This document shows, piece after piece, positions 54,101 through 64,000 of a stretch of 64,000 nt of DNA. Under the pieces are notes generated by a model. It had not been told where the DNA came from and did not search any database. It was given only the letters and a program-made list of their open reading frames with translations. Position numbers and translations under genes: made by a program. Origin of the DNA: Escherichia coli. GTDB lineage: Bacteria; Pseudomonadota; Gammaproteobacteria; Enterobacterales; Enterobacteriaceae. Positions within the stretch are counted from its first letter, which is position 1. Each line of letters begins with the position of its first letter. The DNA is taken from NCBI RefSeq assembly GCF_011045215.1, contig NZ_CP049201.1; one strand, written 5' to 3'.

Positions 54101-55385
54101 ACTCCGCCACACTCTCGCGCAGCGGTTTCACAGGAAAAACTTTTACCTGCTTAATCATATTGTCCTGTACGTCGAGAATATCGATATCGTACTCGCCAAT
54201 ACGCACGCGGGTGCCTGCGACAGGAATCTCTTCCAGTGCCTCAAGAATGACGCCATTAACCGTGCGGGCATCATCTTCCGGTAGATGCCAGTTAAAGGCT
54301 TTGTTGATTTCCCGCACGTTGGCAGTGCCATCAATAATCACCGAACCGTCGTTTTGCGGCGTGACCTCTTCGGCAAGTGTTGGCGACATCGACGTGGTGA
54401 AATCACCAACTATCTCTTCCAGAATATCTTCAACCGTCACCAGCCCCTGAATGTCTCCATACTCGTTGACGACCAGGCCGACTTTCTTTTTGTTGCGCTG
54501 AAACTTAACCAACTGCGTGCTGAGGGGCGTACCTTCCGGGACAAAATAGATCTCGTCCGCGGCGCGCAGCATGGTTTCTTTGGTGAACTCTTTTTTCTCC
54601 GACATCAACCGCCAGGCTTCACGTACTCGCAGCATACTGATGGCGTCGTCCAGCGAATCACGGTAGAGCACGATGCGCCCGTGAGGTGAGTGGGAGAGTT
54701 GGCGCAGAATCGATTTCCAGTCATCGTTGATATCAATACCGATAATTTCACTGCGCGGCACCATGATGTCATCAACGGTCATTTTTTCCAGATCGAGCAC
54801 CGACAGCAGCATATCCTGATTGCGACGGGAAATTTGTGAGCGCGATTCATGCACGATAGTGCGCAACTCTTCTTTGCTCAAAGAGCCGCTGACCACGATA
54901 TCGGTTTTGATGCCCATCATGCGCATTAACATGCGGGTGATAGCGTTCAGCAACCAGACCAGCGGCATCATCAAAATTTGCAGCGGTGCTAACAGAATAC
55001 TACTCGGATAAGCGACTTTTTCCGGGTATAGCGCAGCGATAGTTTTCGGCAACACTTCGGCAAAAACCAGCACCACAAAGGTCAGCACACCAGTCGCAAT
55101 TGCCACGCCCGCATCGCCGTACAAACGCATCCCAACAATAGTGCCGAGCGCGGAGGCAAGAATATTGACCAGGTTATTGCCGATTAACACCAGGCTTATC
55201 AGCCGGTCTGGCTTACGCAGCAATTTTTCGACGCGTTTGGCCGAGCGATTACCCTGTTTCGCCATATGTCGCAGACGATAGCGGTTGAGGGTCATCATTC
55301 CGGTTTCGGACCCGGAGAAATAGGCTGAAATGACCACCATGATGATCAGAATAATGATCAACGTAGTAGTAGAAATGTGTTCCAG
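54099..55385 (-). CDS. yfjD: CNNM/CorC-family inner-membrane protein YfjD (UPF0053); start codon uncertain (CTG at 55385 or TTG at 55361)
   Basis: DUF21 TM domain plus CBS pair plus CorC/HlyC C-terminal domain; AAGGAG lies 7 nt upstream of an in-frame CTG; no in-frame ATG or GTG upstream of the TTG used by the ORF track. Confidence 0.8.
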   Translation of the reverse strand: MEHISTTTLIIILIIMVVISAYFSGSETGMMTLNRYRLRHMAKQGNRSAKRVEKLLRKPDRLISLVLIGNNLVNILASALGTIVGMRLYGDAGVAIATGVLTFVVLVFAEVLPKTIAALYPEKVAYPSSILLAPLQILMMPLVWLLNAITRMLMRMMGIKTDIVVSGSLSKEELRTIVHESRSQISRRNQDMLLSVLDLEKMTVDDIMVPRSEIIGIDINDDWKSILRQLSHSPHGRIVLYRDSLDDAISMLRVREAWRLMSEKKEFTKETMLRAADEIYFVPEGTPLSTQLVKFQRNKKKVGLVVNEYGDIQGLVTVEDILEEIVGDFTTSMSPTLAEEVTPQNDGSVIIDGTANVREINKAFNWHLPEDDARTVNGVILEALEEIPVAGTRVRIGEYDIDILDVQDNMIKQVKVFPVKPLRESVAE

Positions 55386-55405
55386 GGGAAACTCCTTTTC
55401 TGGGT

Positions 55406-56197
55406 TTAGCTGATTAACTGCTGGACAATTCGGCTGCCGAAGTAGGCCAGTGTCAGAATGACTGCACCCGCAACGTTAAACCAGACGACGCGGCGTCCAC
55501 GCCATCCTTCATGATAATGTCCCCACAGCAGCACAATATAGACAAACCACGCCACGATAGAGAGCACAGCCTTGTCGATATTTTCCATGCTAAATAAGTT
55601 GTGCTTGTAGAACAGGCCAGTGCAAAGCGTGAGCGTTAGCAGCACTACGCCAATCTGCGTGATGTGGAACATTTTACGCTCGATACTCATCAATGGCGGC
55701 ATTTCCTGGTTAAACGCCAGCTTCTTGTTCTTCAGTTGGTAATCAATCCACGCCAGTTGCAGCGCGTACAGGGCGGCGATAATTAGCGTGGCATAGGAAA
55801 AGAGCGATAAGCCAATGTGCACCAGCATCCTAGGCGTAGCTTCCAGATGGGTGATGTATTCATTGGGCATGAAGGTTGCCAGCGCCAGGTTGATAAGCGC
55901 AAAGGCATAGACAATGGGTAGCAGCAACCAGCCACGATTGCGAGAAGCCACAATGGTCATTACCGTACAGATCATCAAACTGACCAATGAACCAACGTTC
56001 AGCAGGCTGAGGTTTTGTCCGCTATCACCGTCGGGCAGGATGCGGGCTTCCAGAGCGATTGCGTGGCAGACCAGCGCAATGACCGCAGAAATAATAGCCA
56101 TGCGCCGCCAGCCGCCGTTTTTTTGCAGCAGACCGGGAACAATCAGCGCAAGACTGACGGAGTAGGCGACAAGCGCGAGCAGAGCAAAAACGGGCAT
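55406..56197 (-). CDS. ypjD: Inner-membrane protein YpjD (cytochrome c assembly-like)
   Basis: ORF 55406-56272; likely start MPVFALLALVAYS (56197, ~263 aa); multi-TM. Confidence 0.8.
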   Translation of the reverse strand: MPVFALLALVAYSVSLALIVPGLLQKNGGWRRMAIISAVIALVCHAIALEARILPDGDSGQNLSLLNVGSLVSLMICTVMTIVASRNRGWLLLPIVYAFALINLALATFMPNEYITHLEATPRMLVHIGLSLFSYATLIIAALYALQLAWIDYQLKNKKLAFNQEMPPLMSIERKMFHITQIGVVLLTLTLCTGLFYKHNLFSMENIDKAVLSIVAWFVYIVLLWGHYHEGWRGRRVVWFNVAGAVILTLAYFGSRIVQQLIS

Positions 56198-56363
56198 AGT
56201 AATGTCGACAGTTTGAGCAATAAGAAAGAGAAGCAGTATAGCGTCAGGTGAACGCTGCTCCAACCGTTGCATAACAACAAAGACGCCTTCATGTTATACT
56301 GCGGCAAAATACTGATGATGTGTCGCGATTGCGGCCAACCGTTTCCACCCCAGGCGAGAGACA

Positions 56364-57725
56364 ATGTTTGATAATTTAACCGATCGTTTGTCGCGCACGC
56401 TGCGCAATATCAGTGGCCGTGGACGCCTCACTGAAGACAACGTAAAAGATACGCTGCGCGAAGTGCGCATGGCGCTGCTGGAGGCGGACGTCGCTCTGCC
56501 GGTAGTGCGTGAGTTTATCAATCGCGTAAAAGAGAAAGCGGTTGGTCATGAAGTTAATAAGAGCCTGACGCCGGGGCAGGAGTTCGTCAAAATCGTCCGT
56601 AACGAACTGGTTGCGGCGATGGGCGAAGAGAACCAGACCCTGAACCTGGCTGCGCAACCGCCTGCGGTCGTACTGATGGCGGGCCTGCAAGGTGCCGGTA
56701 AAACAACCAGCGTTGGTAAACTCGGTAAGTTCCTGCGCGAGAAGCACAAGAAGAAAGTGCTGGTGGTTTCTGCCGACGTTTATCGCCCGGCGGCAATCAA
56801 ACAGCTTGAGACGCTGGCAGAGCAGGTGGGCGTTGATTTCTTCCCTTCTGATGTTGGTCAGAAGCCGGTAGATATCGTTAACGCGGCGCTGAAAGAAGCC
56901 AAACTGAAATTCTACGACGTGCTGCTGGTGGATACCGCTGGTCGTCTGCACGTTGACGAAGCGATGATGGACGAGATCAAACAAGTCCATGCGTCGATTA
57001 ACCCGGTTGAAACCCTGTTTGTGGTTGACGCCATGACCGGTCAGGATGCGGCCAATACGGCAAAAGCATTCAATGAAGCGTTACCGCTTACCGGCGTAGT
57101 GTTGACCAAAGTGGACGGCGATGCCCGCGGCGGTGCGGCGCTCTCTATTCGTCACATCACTGGCAAACCGATCAAGTTCCTCGGTGTTGGCGAGAAAACT
57201 GAGGCGCTGGAGCCGTTCCATCCGGACCGCATCGCGTCGCGTATTCTCGGCATGGGCGACGTACTGTCGCTGATCGAAGATATCGAAAGCAAAGTTGACC
57301 GCGCGCAGGCAGAGAAATTAGCCAGCAAGCTGAAAAAAGGTGACGGCTTCGATCTCAACGACTTTCTTGAGCAGCTGCGCCAGATGAAAAATATGGGCGG
57401 CATGGCTAGCCTGATGGGCAAGCTGCCGGGCATGGGGCAGATCCCGGATAACGTCAAGTCACAGATGGACGATAAAGTGCTGGTGCGTATGGAAGCCATC
57501 ATCAACTCGATGACGATGAAAGAGCGCGCTAAGCCAGAAATCATCAAAGGTTCGCGTAAACGCCGTATTGCTGCCGGTTGCGGTATGCAGGTGCAGGACG
57601 TTAACCGTCTTCTGAAACAGTTCGACGACATGCAGCGCATGATGAAGAAAATGAAGAAGGGCGGAATGGCGAAGATGATGAGAAGCCTGAAGGGGATGAT
57701 GCCGCCGGGATTTCCTGGTCGCTAA
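56364..57725 (+). CDS. ffh: Signal recognition particle protein Ffh
   Basis: 453-aa ORF with GTPase motifs (GLQGAGKTT, DTAGR) and Met-rich C-terminal M domain. Confidence 0.95.
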   Translation: MFDNLTDRLSRTLRNISGRGRLTEDNVKDTLREVRMALLEADVALPVVREFINRVKEKAVGHEVNKSLTPGQEFVKIVRNELVAAMGEENQTLNLAAQPPAVVLMAGLQGAGKTTSVGKLGKFLREKHKKKVLVVSADVYRPAAIKQLETLAEQVGVDFFPSDVGQKPVDIVNAALKEAKLKFYDVLLVDTAGRLHVDEAMMDEIKQVHASINPVETLFVVDAMTGQDAANTAKAFNEALPLTGVVLTKVDGDARGGAALSIRHITGKPIKFLGVGEKTEALEPFHPDRIASRILGMGDVLSLIEDIESKVDRAQAEKLASKLKKGDGFDLNDFLEQLRQMKNMGGMASLMGKLPGMGQIPDNVKSQMDDKVLVRMEAIINSMTMKERAKPEIIKGSRKRRIAAGCGMQVQDVNRLLKQFDDMQRMMKKMKKGGMAKMMRSLKGMMPPGFPGR

Positions 57726-57783
57726 ATGACCTTATGCGACAGAGTTATTAACTGCTGATTGCATTTTCTCCAGAAATCAGTAA

Positions 57784-58110
<327 letters not shown>

Positions 58111-58128
58111 TCTGTCACGGTGGTCATG

Positions 58129-58677
58129 ATGAGCAAACAACTCACCGCGCAAGCACCTGTTGATCCCATCGTTTTGGGAAAAATGGGTTCGTCTTACGGT
58201 ATTCGTGGGTGGCTCAGAGTGTTTTCTTCCACCGAAGACGCCGAAAGCATTTTTGACTATCAGCCCTGGTTTATCCAGAAGGCGGGTCAGTGGCAGCAAG
58301 TCCAGCTGGAAAGCTGGAAGCACCACAATCAGGACATGATCATCAAGCTGAAAGGCGTTGACGATCGTGATGCGGCGAACCTGCTGACAAATTGTGAAAT
58401 TGTCGTGGATTCATCGCAGCTGCCTCAGCTTGAAGAGGGTGACTACTACTGGAAAGACCTGATGGGCTGCCAGGTAGTAACCACTGAAGGCTACGATCTC
58501 GGTAAAGTCGTCGATATGATGGAAACCGGATCCAATGACGTTCTCGTCATTAAGGCAAACCTGAAAGATGCGTTTGGTATCAAGGAACGTCTCGTACCGT
58601 TCCTCGATGGGCAGGTTATCAAGAAAGTCGATCTCACTACTCGTTCAATCGAAGTAGATTGGGATCCTGGTTTTTAA
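58129..58677 (+). CDS. rimM: Ribosome maturation factor RimM
   Basis: ORF 58120-58677; start at [10 protein letters not shown] gives 182 aa. Confidence 0.9.
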
Positions 58678-58707
58678 ACCACCGGATAAACGGTAAAAGA
58701 CGGCGCT

Positions 58708-59475
58708 ATGTGGATTGGCATAATTAGCCTGTTTCCTGAAATGTTCCGCGCAATTACCGATTACGGGGTAACTGGCCGGGCAGTTAAAAATGGCCTGCTG
58801 AGCATCCAGAGCTGGAGTCCTCGCGATTTCACGCATGACCGGCACCGTACCGTGGACGATCGTCCTTACGGCGGCGGACCGGGGATGTTAATGATGGTGC
58901 AACCCTTGCGGGACGCCATTCATGCAGCAAAAGCCGCGGCGGGTGAAGGCGCAAAGGTGATTTATCTTTCACCACAGGGACGCAAGCTTGATCAAGCGGG
59001 CGTCAGCGAACTGGCAACGAATCAAAAATTGATTCTGGTGTGCGGTCGCTACGAAGGTATAGATGAGCGCGTGATCCAAACCGAAATTGACGAAGAATGG
59101 TCAATCGGCGATTACGTTCTCAGTGGTGGTGAGTTACCAGCAATGACGCTGATTGACTCCGTTTCCCGGTTTATTCCGGGAGTACTGGGACATGAAGCCT
59201 CGGCAACGGAAGATTCCTTTGCTGAAGGATTGCTGGATTGCCCGCACTATACGCGGCCTGAGGTGTTAGAAGGGATGGAAGTTCCGCCAGTGTTACTGTC
59301 GGGCAACCATGCCGAGATACGTCGCTGGCGTTTGAAACAGTCGCTGGGCCGTACCTGGCTTAGAAGACCTGAACTTCTGGAAAACCTGGCTCTGACTGAA
59401 GAGCAAGCAAGGTTGCTGGCGGAGTTCAAAACGGAACACGCACAACAGCAACATAAACATGATGGGATGGCGTAA
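58708..59475 (+). CDS. trmD: tRNA (guanine37-N1)-methyltransferase TrmD
   Basis: 255-aa [33 protein letters not shown]... recognised as TrmD. Confidence 0.95.
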
Positions 59476-59513
59476 GCCCCCGAGATATCAGTTTACCCAG
59501 GATAAGAGATTAA

Positions 59514-59864
<351 letters not shown>

Positions 59865-59892
59865 GATTTCGCTTAAGCGACATCCTGTTAAG

Positions 59893-59925
59893 AAGGGCTG
59901 GCCAATTGGCTGGCCCTTTTTTTAT
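59893..59925. terminator. Rho-independent terminator after rplS
   Basis: AGGGCTGGCCAATTGGCTGGCCCTTTTTTT: perfect GC-rich hairpin plus T7 tract. Confidence 0.8.
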
Positions 59926-59940
59926 CTGTTTGCTCGTGTT

Positions 59941-60423
59941 TTAAGGGGTAGTAATCACCACTGCGACGCGGCGGTTCTCGGCGCGGCCCTGGGCGGTCTT
60001 GTTACTGGCTATGGGATATTTTTTTCCTAAACCCTGTGTGGTGAGATTGCTGCGCGGAATTTGTCCACCCATAGCCCATGCATCGGCCACGACATTCGCC
60101 CGTTTCAATGATAAGCCTTCGTTGTAACTGTCTTCACCATAGTTATCGGTGTGTCCATCCATACGGGCATGTGTTAGCCCTGTCGAGGCCAATTTGGCTG
60201 CCATGGTTTGGATCTGTTGCTGGCTTTCCGGGAGCAATTTGTAGTCATTTTTTGCGAACAGAATGGCATCTGATAAGCCCAGCGACCAGTCGCCGGCGGA
60301 TTCAGTAAATCCATAAGATTGCATAGCGGCGACTTGCTCAGGAGTAAACTTTCCCTGAGGGGACTGGCAGCCAGTCAGTATTAGTGAGGTGAAAATCAGG
60401 GGTGCTACCAGGTGCTTTATCAT
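59941..60423 (-). CDS. yfiB: OmpA-family lipoprotein YfiB
   Basis: 160-aa ORF with lipobox (LTGCQS) and OmpA-like C-terminal domain; yfiR-yfiN-yfiB operon context. Confidence 0.9.
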   Translation of the reverse strand: MIKHLVAPLIFTSLILTGCQSPQGKFTPEQVAAMQSYGFTESAGDWSLGLSDAILFAKNDYKLLPESQQQIQTMAAKLASTGLTHARMDGHTDNYGEDSYNEGLSLKRANVVADAWAMGGQIPRSNLTTQGLGKKYPIASNKTAQGRAENRRVAVVITTP

Positions 60424-60438
60424 ATCGATATATCCTTG

Positions 60439-61665
60439 TTATCTCACCAGCTTTTCGGCACGCTGGTGTTTGGCCTGATACATATTGTGATCGGCAAGCT
60501 CTTGTAATTTTTCCGCAGAGGCGTGCTCAATGGTCATCGCGTAACCAATGCTTAATGTCATGGTGGTCTGATGGCCATTATGAAGATCAAACGGGAGATT
60601 AAAGATTTGTGTCAGTGCTGAGCATATCTGCTGCACTTCAGATTCCGACTGTACACCATAGAGCACCATCGCGAATTCATCGCCGCCCAGGCGGTATGCT
60701 TTATGTCGCAGCCCGCCAAATTCAGCTAACCGTTTTGCGATTTCAATCAAGACTCTATCGCCCGTCGCATGACCCCAGGTATCATTGATATATTTGAAAT
60801 TATCGCCATCAAGAAATAGTAACGCCGACGTTTTTCGGGCATCGGAATTGTTCATCAACGTATTGATGCCGCTACGAAACGCTGCGCGGTTAGCCAGCCC
60901 GGTTAATGGGTCATGTAGCGCGGTACGCAGAAGCTGCGCATTTTTGGCCTGTAAACGAAGCTGCCACTCTTCCATTTCATCCAGCAGACTGTTGAAGTCG
61001 AGAGCGAAGCGGTGAAACTCAGCGATACGTTCTTCCGAAACTCGTCGGGAAAAATTGCGGTTGGAACGCACATCATGTACGACATCGGTGATATTTTTCA
61101 GTGCTTCCACCAGGCCATTGTGCAAATGGCGGGTGAGGGTAATTGCGATTCCTGATGCCAGCAGAATACAACCGGTCAGTACGGCGAGCGAAAACCAGAT
61201 AAAATGGCTGATTGAACTGTCGCGAGCGGTTAAGCGTACTTCGCCAATGGTTTCGCCATTGTGACGAATCGGCTGAATGATGGGCGCAGGGAAGAGCCAG
61301 TGGCTTATGAAATTGCTGAAAGTATCGCCTGGATCCTTACGGGTGTAATGCCAGGATGCCAGAATATTTTGCTGCTTATCACGTACTTCTGCAGTTGAAA
61401 ATTGCCCTTGCTGGCCCAGCGCTGCCAGTGTTTCAGTTGCTGCAGGGCCATCGGCAAAAACGACAGCTGCTTCCAGACTGTAAGTCATTGTTGCTGCTGT
61501 CAGTGCCAGGTTTTTTTGCGCGTACTGTTTCAGGGTCAGCACCGAGGTCACGGAAAGCAGCAACCAGATCAGCATCATAGTGATAAATATGCTGGTCATA
61601 CTGATGTTGCGTAATGCTCTTTTAAACGTGGGGCGCTTATTAAGAGAATTATCGTTATCCATCAT
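60439..61665 (-). CDS. dgcN: Diguanylate cyclase DgcN (YfiN)
   Basis: 408-aa ORF with N-terminal TM/periplasmic region, HAMP and a GGDEF domain (RLGGDEF). Confidence 0.9.
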   Translation of the reverse strand: MMDNDNSLNKRPTFKRALRNISMTSIFITMMLIWLLLSVTSVLTLKQYAQKNLALTAATMTYSLEAAVVFADGPAATETLAALGQQGQFSTAEVRDKQQNILASWHYTRKDPGDTFSNFISHWLFPAPIIQPIRHNGETIGEVRLTARDSSISHFIWFSLAVLTGCILLASGIAITLTRHLHNGLVEALKNITDVVHDVRSNRNFSRRVSEERIAEFHRFALDFNSLLDEMEEWQLRLQAKNAQLLRTALHDPLTGLANRAAFRSGINTLMNNSDARKTSALLFLDGDNFKYINDTWGHATGDRVLIEIAKRLAEFGGLRHKAYRLGGDEFAMVLYGVQSESEVQQICSALTQIFNLPFDLHNGHQTTMTLSIGYAMTIEHASAEKLQELADHNMYQAKHQRAEKLVR

Positions 61666-62173
61666 TTTTCTTCCGTGCGAGCATTAAGACATCCGGGTTG
61701 ACCTTTACACCGCTACGCGATAAGGCATCCAGGTTTACGGCAAATCTGACGTCATTATTGTGGATGATCAGACAAAAGGCGCTACCAATAATGCACTCGG
61801 TATTTTGTTCGGCAATTAATAATAACGCCTTTGACGGATATTGTTCGGTTAATTCCATCTGGAATGTCGGTGACTCGTTGCCAAAATAAAAACCATTGCA
61901 GCCTGAAATCATCGCCTCTTGTTGAGTGTGAATGATGACAGGCAGATAAGGCAAAGATGTCGCGGCATTCTCTTGTAGGGCGGTACTAAAACGTGAAGAT
62001 GAAAAGATACATAACTTTGGTGGCCCTGATAGCGCAGGCCAGCGGGTGTAACTGACAATACCGGAAACCATCATACGCACGTTTTTCGCAACGTCAGAAG
62101 GCTCCAGAGCGAGTATTGGTGCTCCCGTCAGCAGGAGAATCAGCAGTAAGAACAGTCGGTGAGAAAAACGCAT
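61655..62173 (-). CDS. yfiR: Periplasmic DgcN inhibitor YfiR
   Basis: 172-aa secreted protein; start overlaps the dgcN region; conserved operon order. Confidence 0.9.
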   Translation of the reverse strand: MRFSHRLFLLLILLLTGAPILALEPSDVAKNVRMMVSGIVSYTRWPALSGPPKLCIFSSSRFSTALQENAATSLPYLPVIIHTQQEAMISGCNGFYFGNESPTFQMELTEQYPSKALLLIAEQNTECIIGSAFCLIIHNNDVRFAVNLDALSRSGVKVNPDVLMLARKKNDG

Positions 62174-62322
62174 TCAGGGATCCCCACCATCTTCGCTCGA
62201 AATGCATCGATATTTTTTCAGAATGCTCATTAAAATATCATTTTTTCATGCGACCGTCATCAATGTGAGAAATAAAACACAATGAGCCAAATCTTATGTT
62301 TAATTTATTTGTGGGGTTTTAA

Positions 62323-62688
62323 TTAATTTAATCGTATTGTGCTGGCATTTTCATCAGCCCCTTTTTGCCATACTTCATGCAGTTGGCTGGCATTTTCAAC
62401 ATTGTTGCAGCTGGCAGGAAAGCTTTTACCGGAAAGTCCCCGGGCATAAGTAAAATCGGTCTGGCAAGTTTTCTTTTGTCCTTCGGCATATCCTTTAAGG
62501 TATAGACCGCGATCCGCCTGTGAATCGCTAAATGCATCGTCATCTTTTATGGCGCTGCCCGATATCGCATCTTCCATACCGACATCATACCAGTCGGTGC
62601 TGGTCAAGGTTGGCGCGTGAGTATAAGGATCAATCTGACATCCGCTAACCAGTAAAGCCAACAAGGGGGCGATAAACTTTTTCATCAT
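62323..62688 (-). CDS. yfiL: Lipoprotein YfiL
   Basis: ORF 62323-62706; probable start ATGATG (MMKKFIAPLLALLVSGC) with AAGGAG 7 nt upstream; lipobox LVSGC. Confidence 0.8.
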   Translation of the reverse strand: MMKKFIAPLLALLVSGCQIDPYTHAPTLTSTDWYDVGMEDAISGSAIKDDDAFSDSQADRGLYLKGYAEGQKKTCQTDFTYARGLSGKSFPASCNNVENASQLHEVWQKGADENASTIRLN

Positions 62689-62733
62689 TTCTTTCTCCTT
62701 TTTCAAAGCATAGCGGATTGTTTTTAAAGGAGG

Positions 62734-62802
62734 TGTAAATTTATTTGTACGAAATAAGCATCAAAAGCGCGAGTAAATTGTTTCTGTAAAGAAAAATGTA
62801 CG
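62734..62802. promoter_or_regulatory. TyrR boxes in the aroF-tyrA promoter region
   Basis: TGTAAA-N6-TGTACG at 62734-62751 and 62785-62802 (TyrR consensus TGTAAA-N6-TTTACA); aroF is a classic TyrR-repressed promoter. Confidence 0.65.
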
Positions 62803-62896
62803 AAATATGGATTGAAAACTTTACTTTATGTGTTATCGTTACGTCATCCTCGCTGAGGATCAACTATCGCAAACGAGCATAAACAGGATCGCCATC

Positions 62897-63967
62897 ATGC
62901 AAAAAGACGCGCTGAATAACGTACATATTACCGACGAACAGGTTTTAATGACTCCGGCACAACTGAAGGCCGCTTTTCCATTAAGCCTGCAACAAGAAGC
63001 CCAGATTGCTGACTCGCGTAAAACCATTTCAGATATTATCGCCGGGCGCGATCCTCGTCTGCTGGTAGTATGTGGTCCTTGTTCCATTCATGATCCGGAA
63101 ACTGCTCTGGAATATGCTCGTCGATTTAAAGCCCTTGCCGCAGAGGTCAGCGATAGCCTCTATCTGGTAATGCGCGTCTATTTTGAAAAACCCCGTACCA
63201 CTGTCGGCTGGAAAGGGTTAATTAACGATCCCCATATGGATGGCTCTTTTGATGTAGAAGCCGGGCTGCAGATCGCGCGTAAATTGCTGCTTGAGCTGGT
63301 GAATATGGGACTGCCACTGGCGACGGAAGCGTTAGATCCGAATAGCCCGCAATACCTGGGCGATCTGTTTAGCTGGTCAGCCATTGGTGCTCGTACAACG
63401 GAATCGCAAACTCACCGTGAAATGGCCTCCGGGCTTTCCATGCCGGTTGGTTTTAAAAACGGCACCGATGGCAGTCTGGCAACGGCAATTAACGCTATGC
63501 GCGCCGCCGCCCAGCCGCACCGTTTTGTTGGCATTAACCAGGCAGGGCAGGTTGCGTTGCTACAAACTCAGGGGAATCCGGACGGGCATGTCATCCTGCG
63601 CGGTGGTAAAGCGCCGAACTATAGCCCTGCGGATGTTGCGCAATGTGAAAAAGAGATGGAACAGGCGGGACTGCGCCCGTCTCTGATGGTAGATTGCAGC
63701 CACGGTAATTCCAATAAAGATTATCGCCGTCAGCCTGCGGTGGCAGAATCCGTGGTTGCTCAAATCAAAGATGGCAATCGCTCAATTATTGGTCTGATGA
63801 TCGAAAGTAATATCCACGAGGGCAATCAGTCTTCCGAGCAACCGCGCAGTGAAATGAAATACGGTGTATCCGTAACCGATGCCTGCATTAGCTGGGAAAT
63901 GACTGATGCCTTGCTGCGTGAGATCCATCATGATCTCAAAGGGCAACTGACGGCGCGCGTGGCTTAA
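62897..63967 (+). CDS. aroF: DAHP synthase, Tyr-sensitive (AroF)
   Basis: ORF 62828-63967; start at MQKDALNNVHITDEQVLMTPAQLK gives 356 aa; recognised AroF sequence. Confidence 0.95.
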   Translation: MQKDALNNVHITDEQVLMTPAQLKAAFPLSLQQEAQIADSRKTISDIIAGRDPRLLVVCGPCSIHDPETALEYARRFKALAAEVSDSLYLVMRVYFEKPRTTVGWKGLINDPHMDGSFDVEAGLQIARKLLLELVNMGLPLATEALDPNSPQYLGDLFSWSAIGARTTESQTHREMASGLSMPVGFKNGTDGSLATAINAMRAAAQPHRFVGINQAGQVALLQTQGNPDGHVILRGGKAPNYSPADVAQCEKEMEQAGLRPSLMVDCSHGNSNKDYRRQPAVAESVVAQIKDGNRSIIGLMIESNIHEGNQSSEQPRSEMKYGVSVTDACISWEMTDALLREIHHDLKGQLTARVA

Positions 63968-63977
63968 GAGGTTTATT

Positions 63978-64000
63978 ATGGTTGCTGAATTGACCGCATT
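63978..64000 (+). CDS. tyrA: Chorismate mutase/prephenate dehydrogenase TyrA, first codons only
   Basis: ATG at 63978 followed by MVAELTA...; 10 bp downstream of the aroF stop as in the aroF-tyrA operon. Confidence 0.8.

Noticed and set aside
56376-56990. 204-aa minus-strand ORF and adjacent short ORFs
   Set aside because: Antisense to or overlapping ffh; not supported.

Overview
Escherichia coli chromosomal window (K-12-like backbone, reverse-complemented relative to K-12) containing a ~32 kb mosaic genomic island integrated at the 3' end of ssrA (tmRNA). All calls are by reading the sequence and ORF track; no database search or computation was run. Left flank (1-15.4 kb): gabT(partial)-gabD-lhgO-csiD on the minus strand, a ygaQ-like gene broken by an in-frame stop, tRNA-Ile(CAU), a pentapeptide-repeat protein, a degenerate invertase fragment and a large AIDA-type autotransporter (ypjA-like). 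Island (about 15.5-48.2 kb, visibly AT-rich): a stand-alone ThsA-type SIR2 protein, three ankyrin-repeat paralogs (one frameshifted), IS3-family remnants, an AlpA-like regulator with a wHTH Rep-like gene and adjacent direct/inverted-repeat region, an IS21-family element (istAB) with an IS4-family element nested in its terminal repeats, small lipoprotein and zinc-ribbon genes, a MobC-relaxase pair, an IS1 variant, a type I R-M locus whose hsdR carries an in-frame amber codon, an IS2-like remnant, a large serine recombinase translationally coupled to two ParB-like genes, and a P4-type integrase next to ssrA. Right flank (48.2-64 kb): conserved core genes smpB, ratA, ratB, bamE, recN, nadK, grpE, yfjD, ypjD, ffh, rpsP, rimM, trmD, rplS, yfiB, dgcN, yfiR, yfiL, aroF and the start of tyrA. 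Best candidates for an undescribed system are the SIR2 gene (16112-17464) and the recombinase plus two ParB-like genes (43190-46525); neither assignment is proven from sequence alone. No CRISPR array or rRNA was seen.
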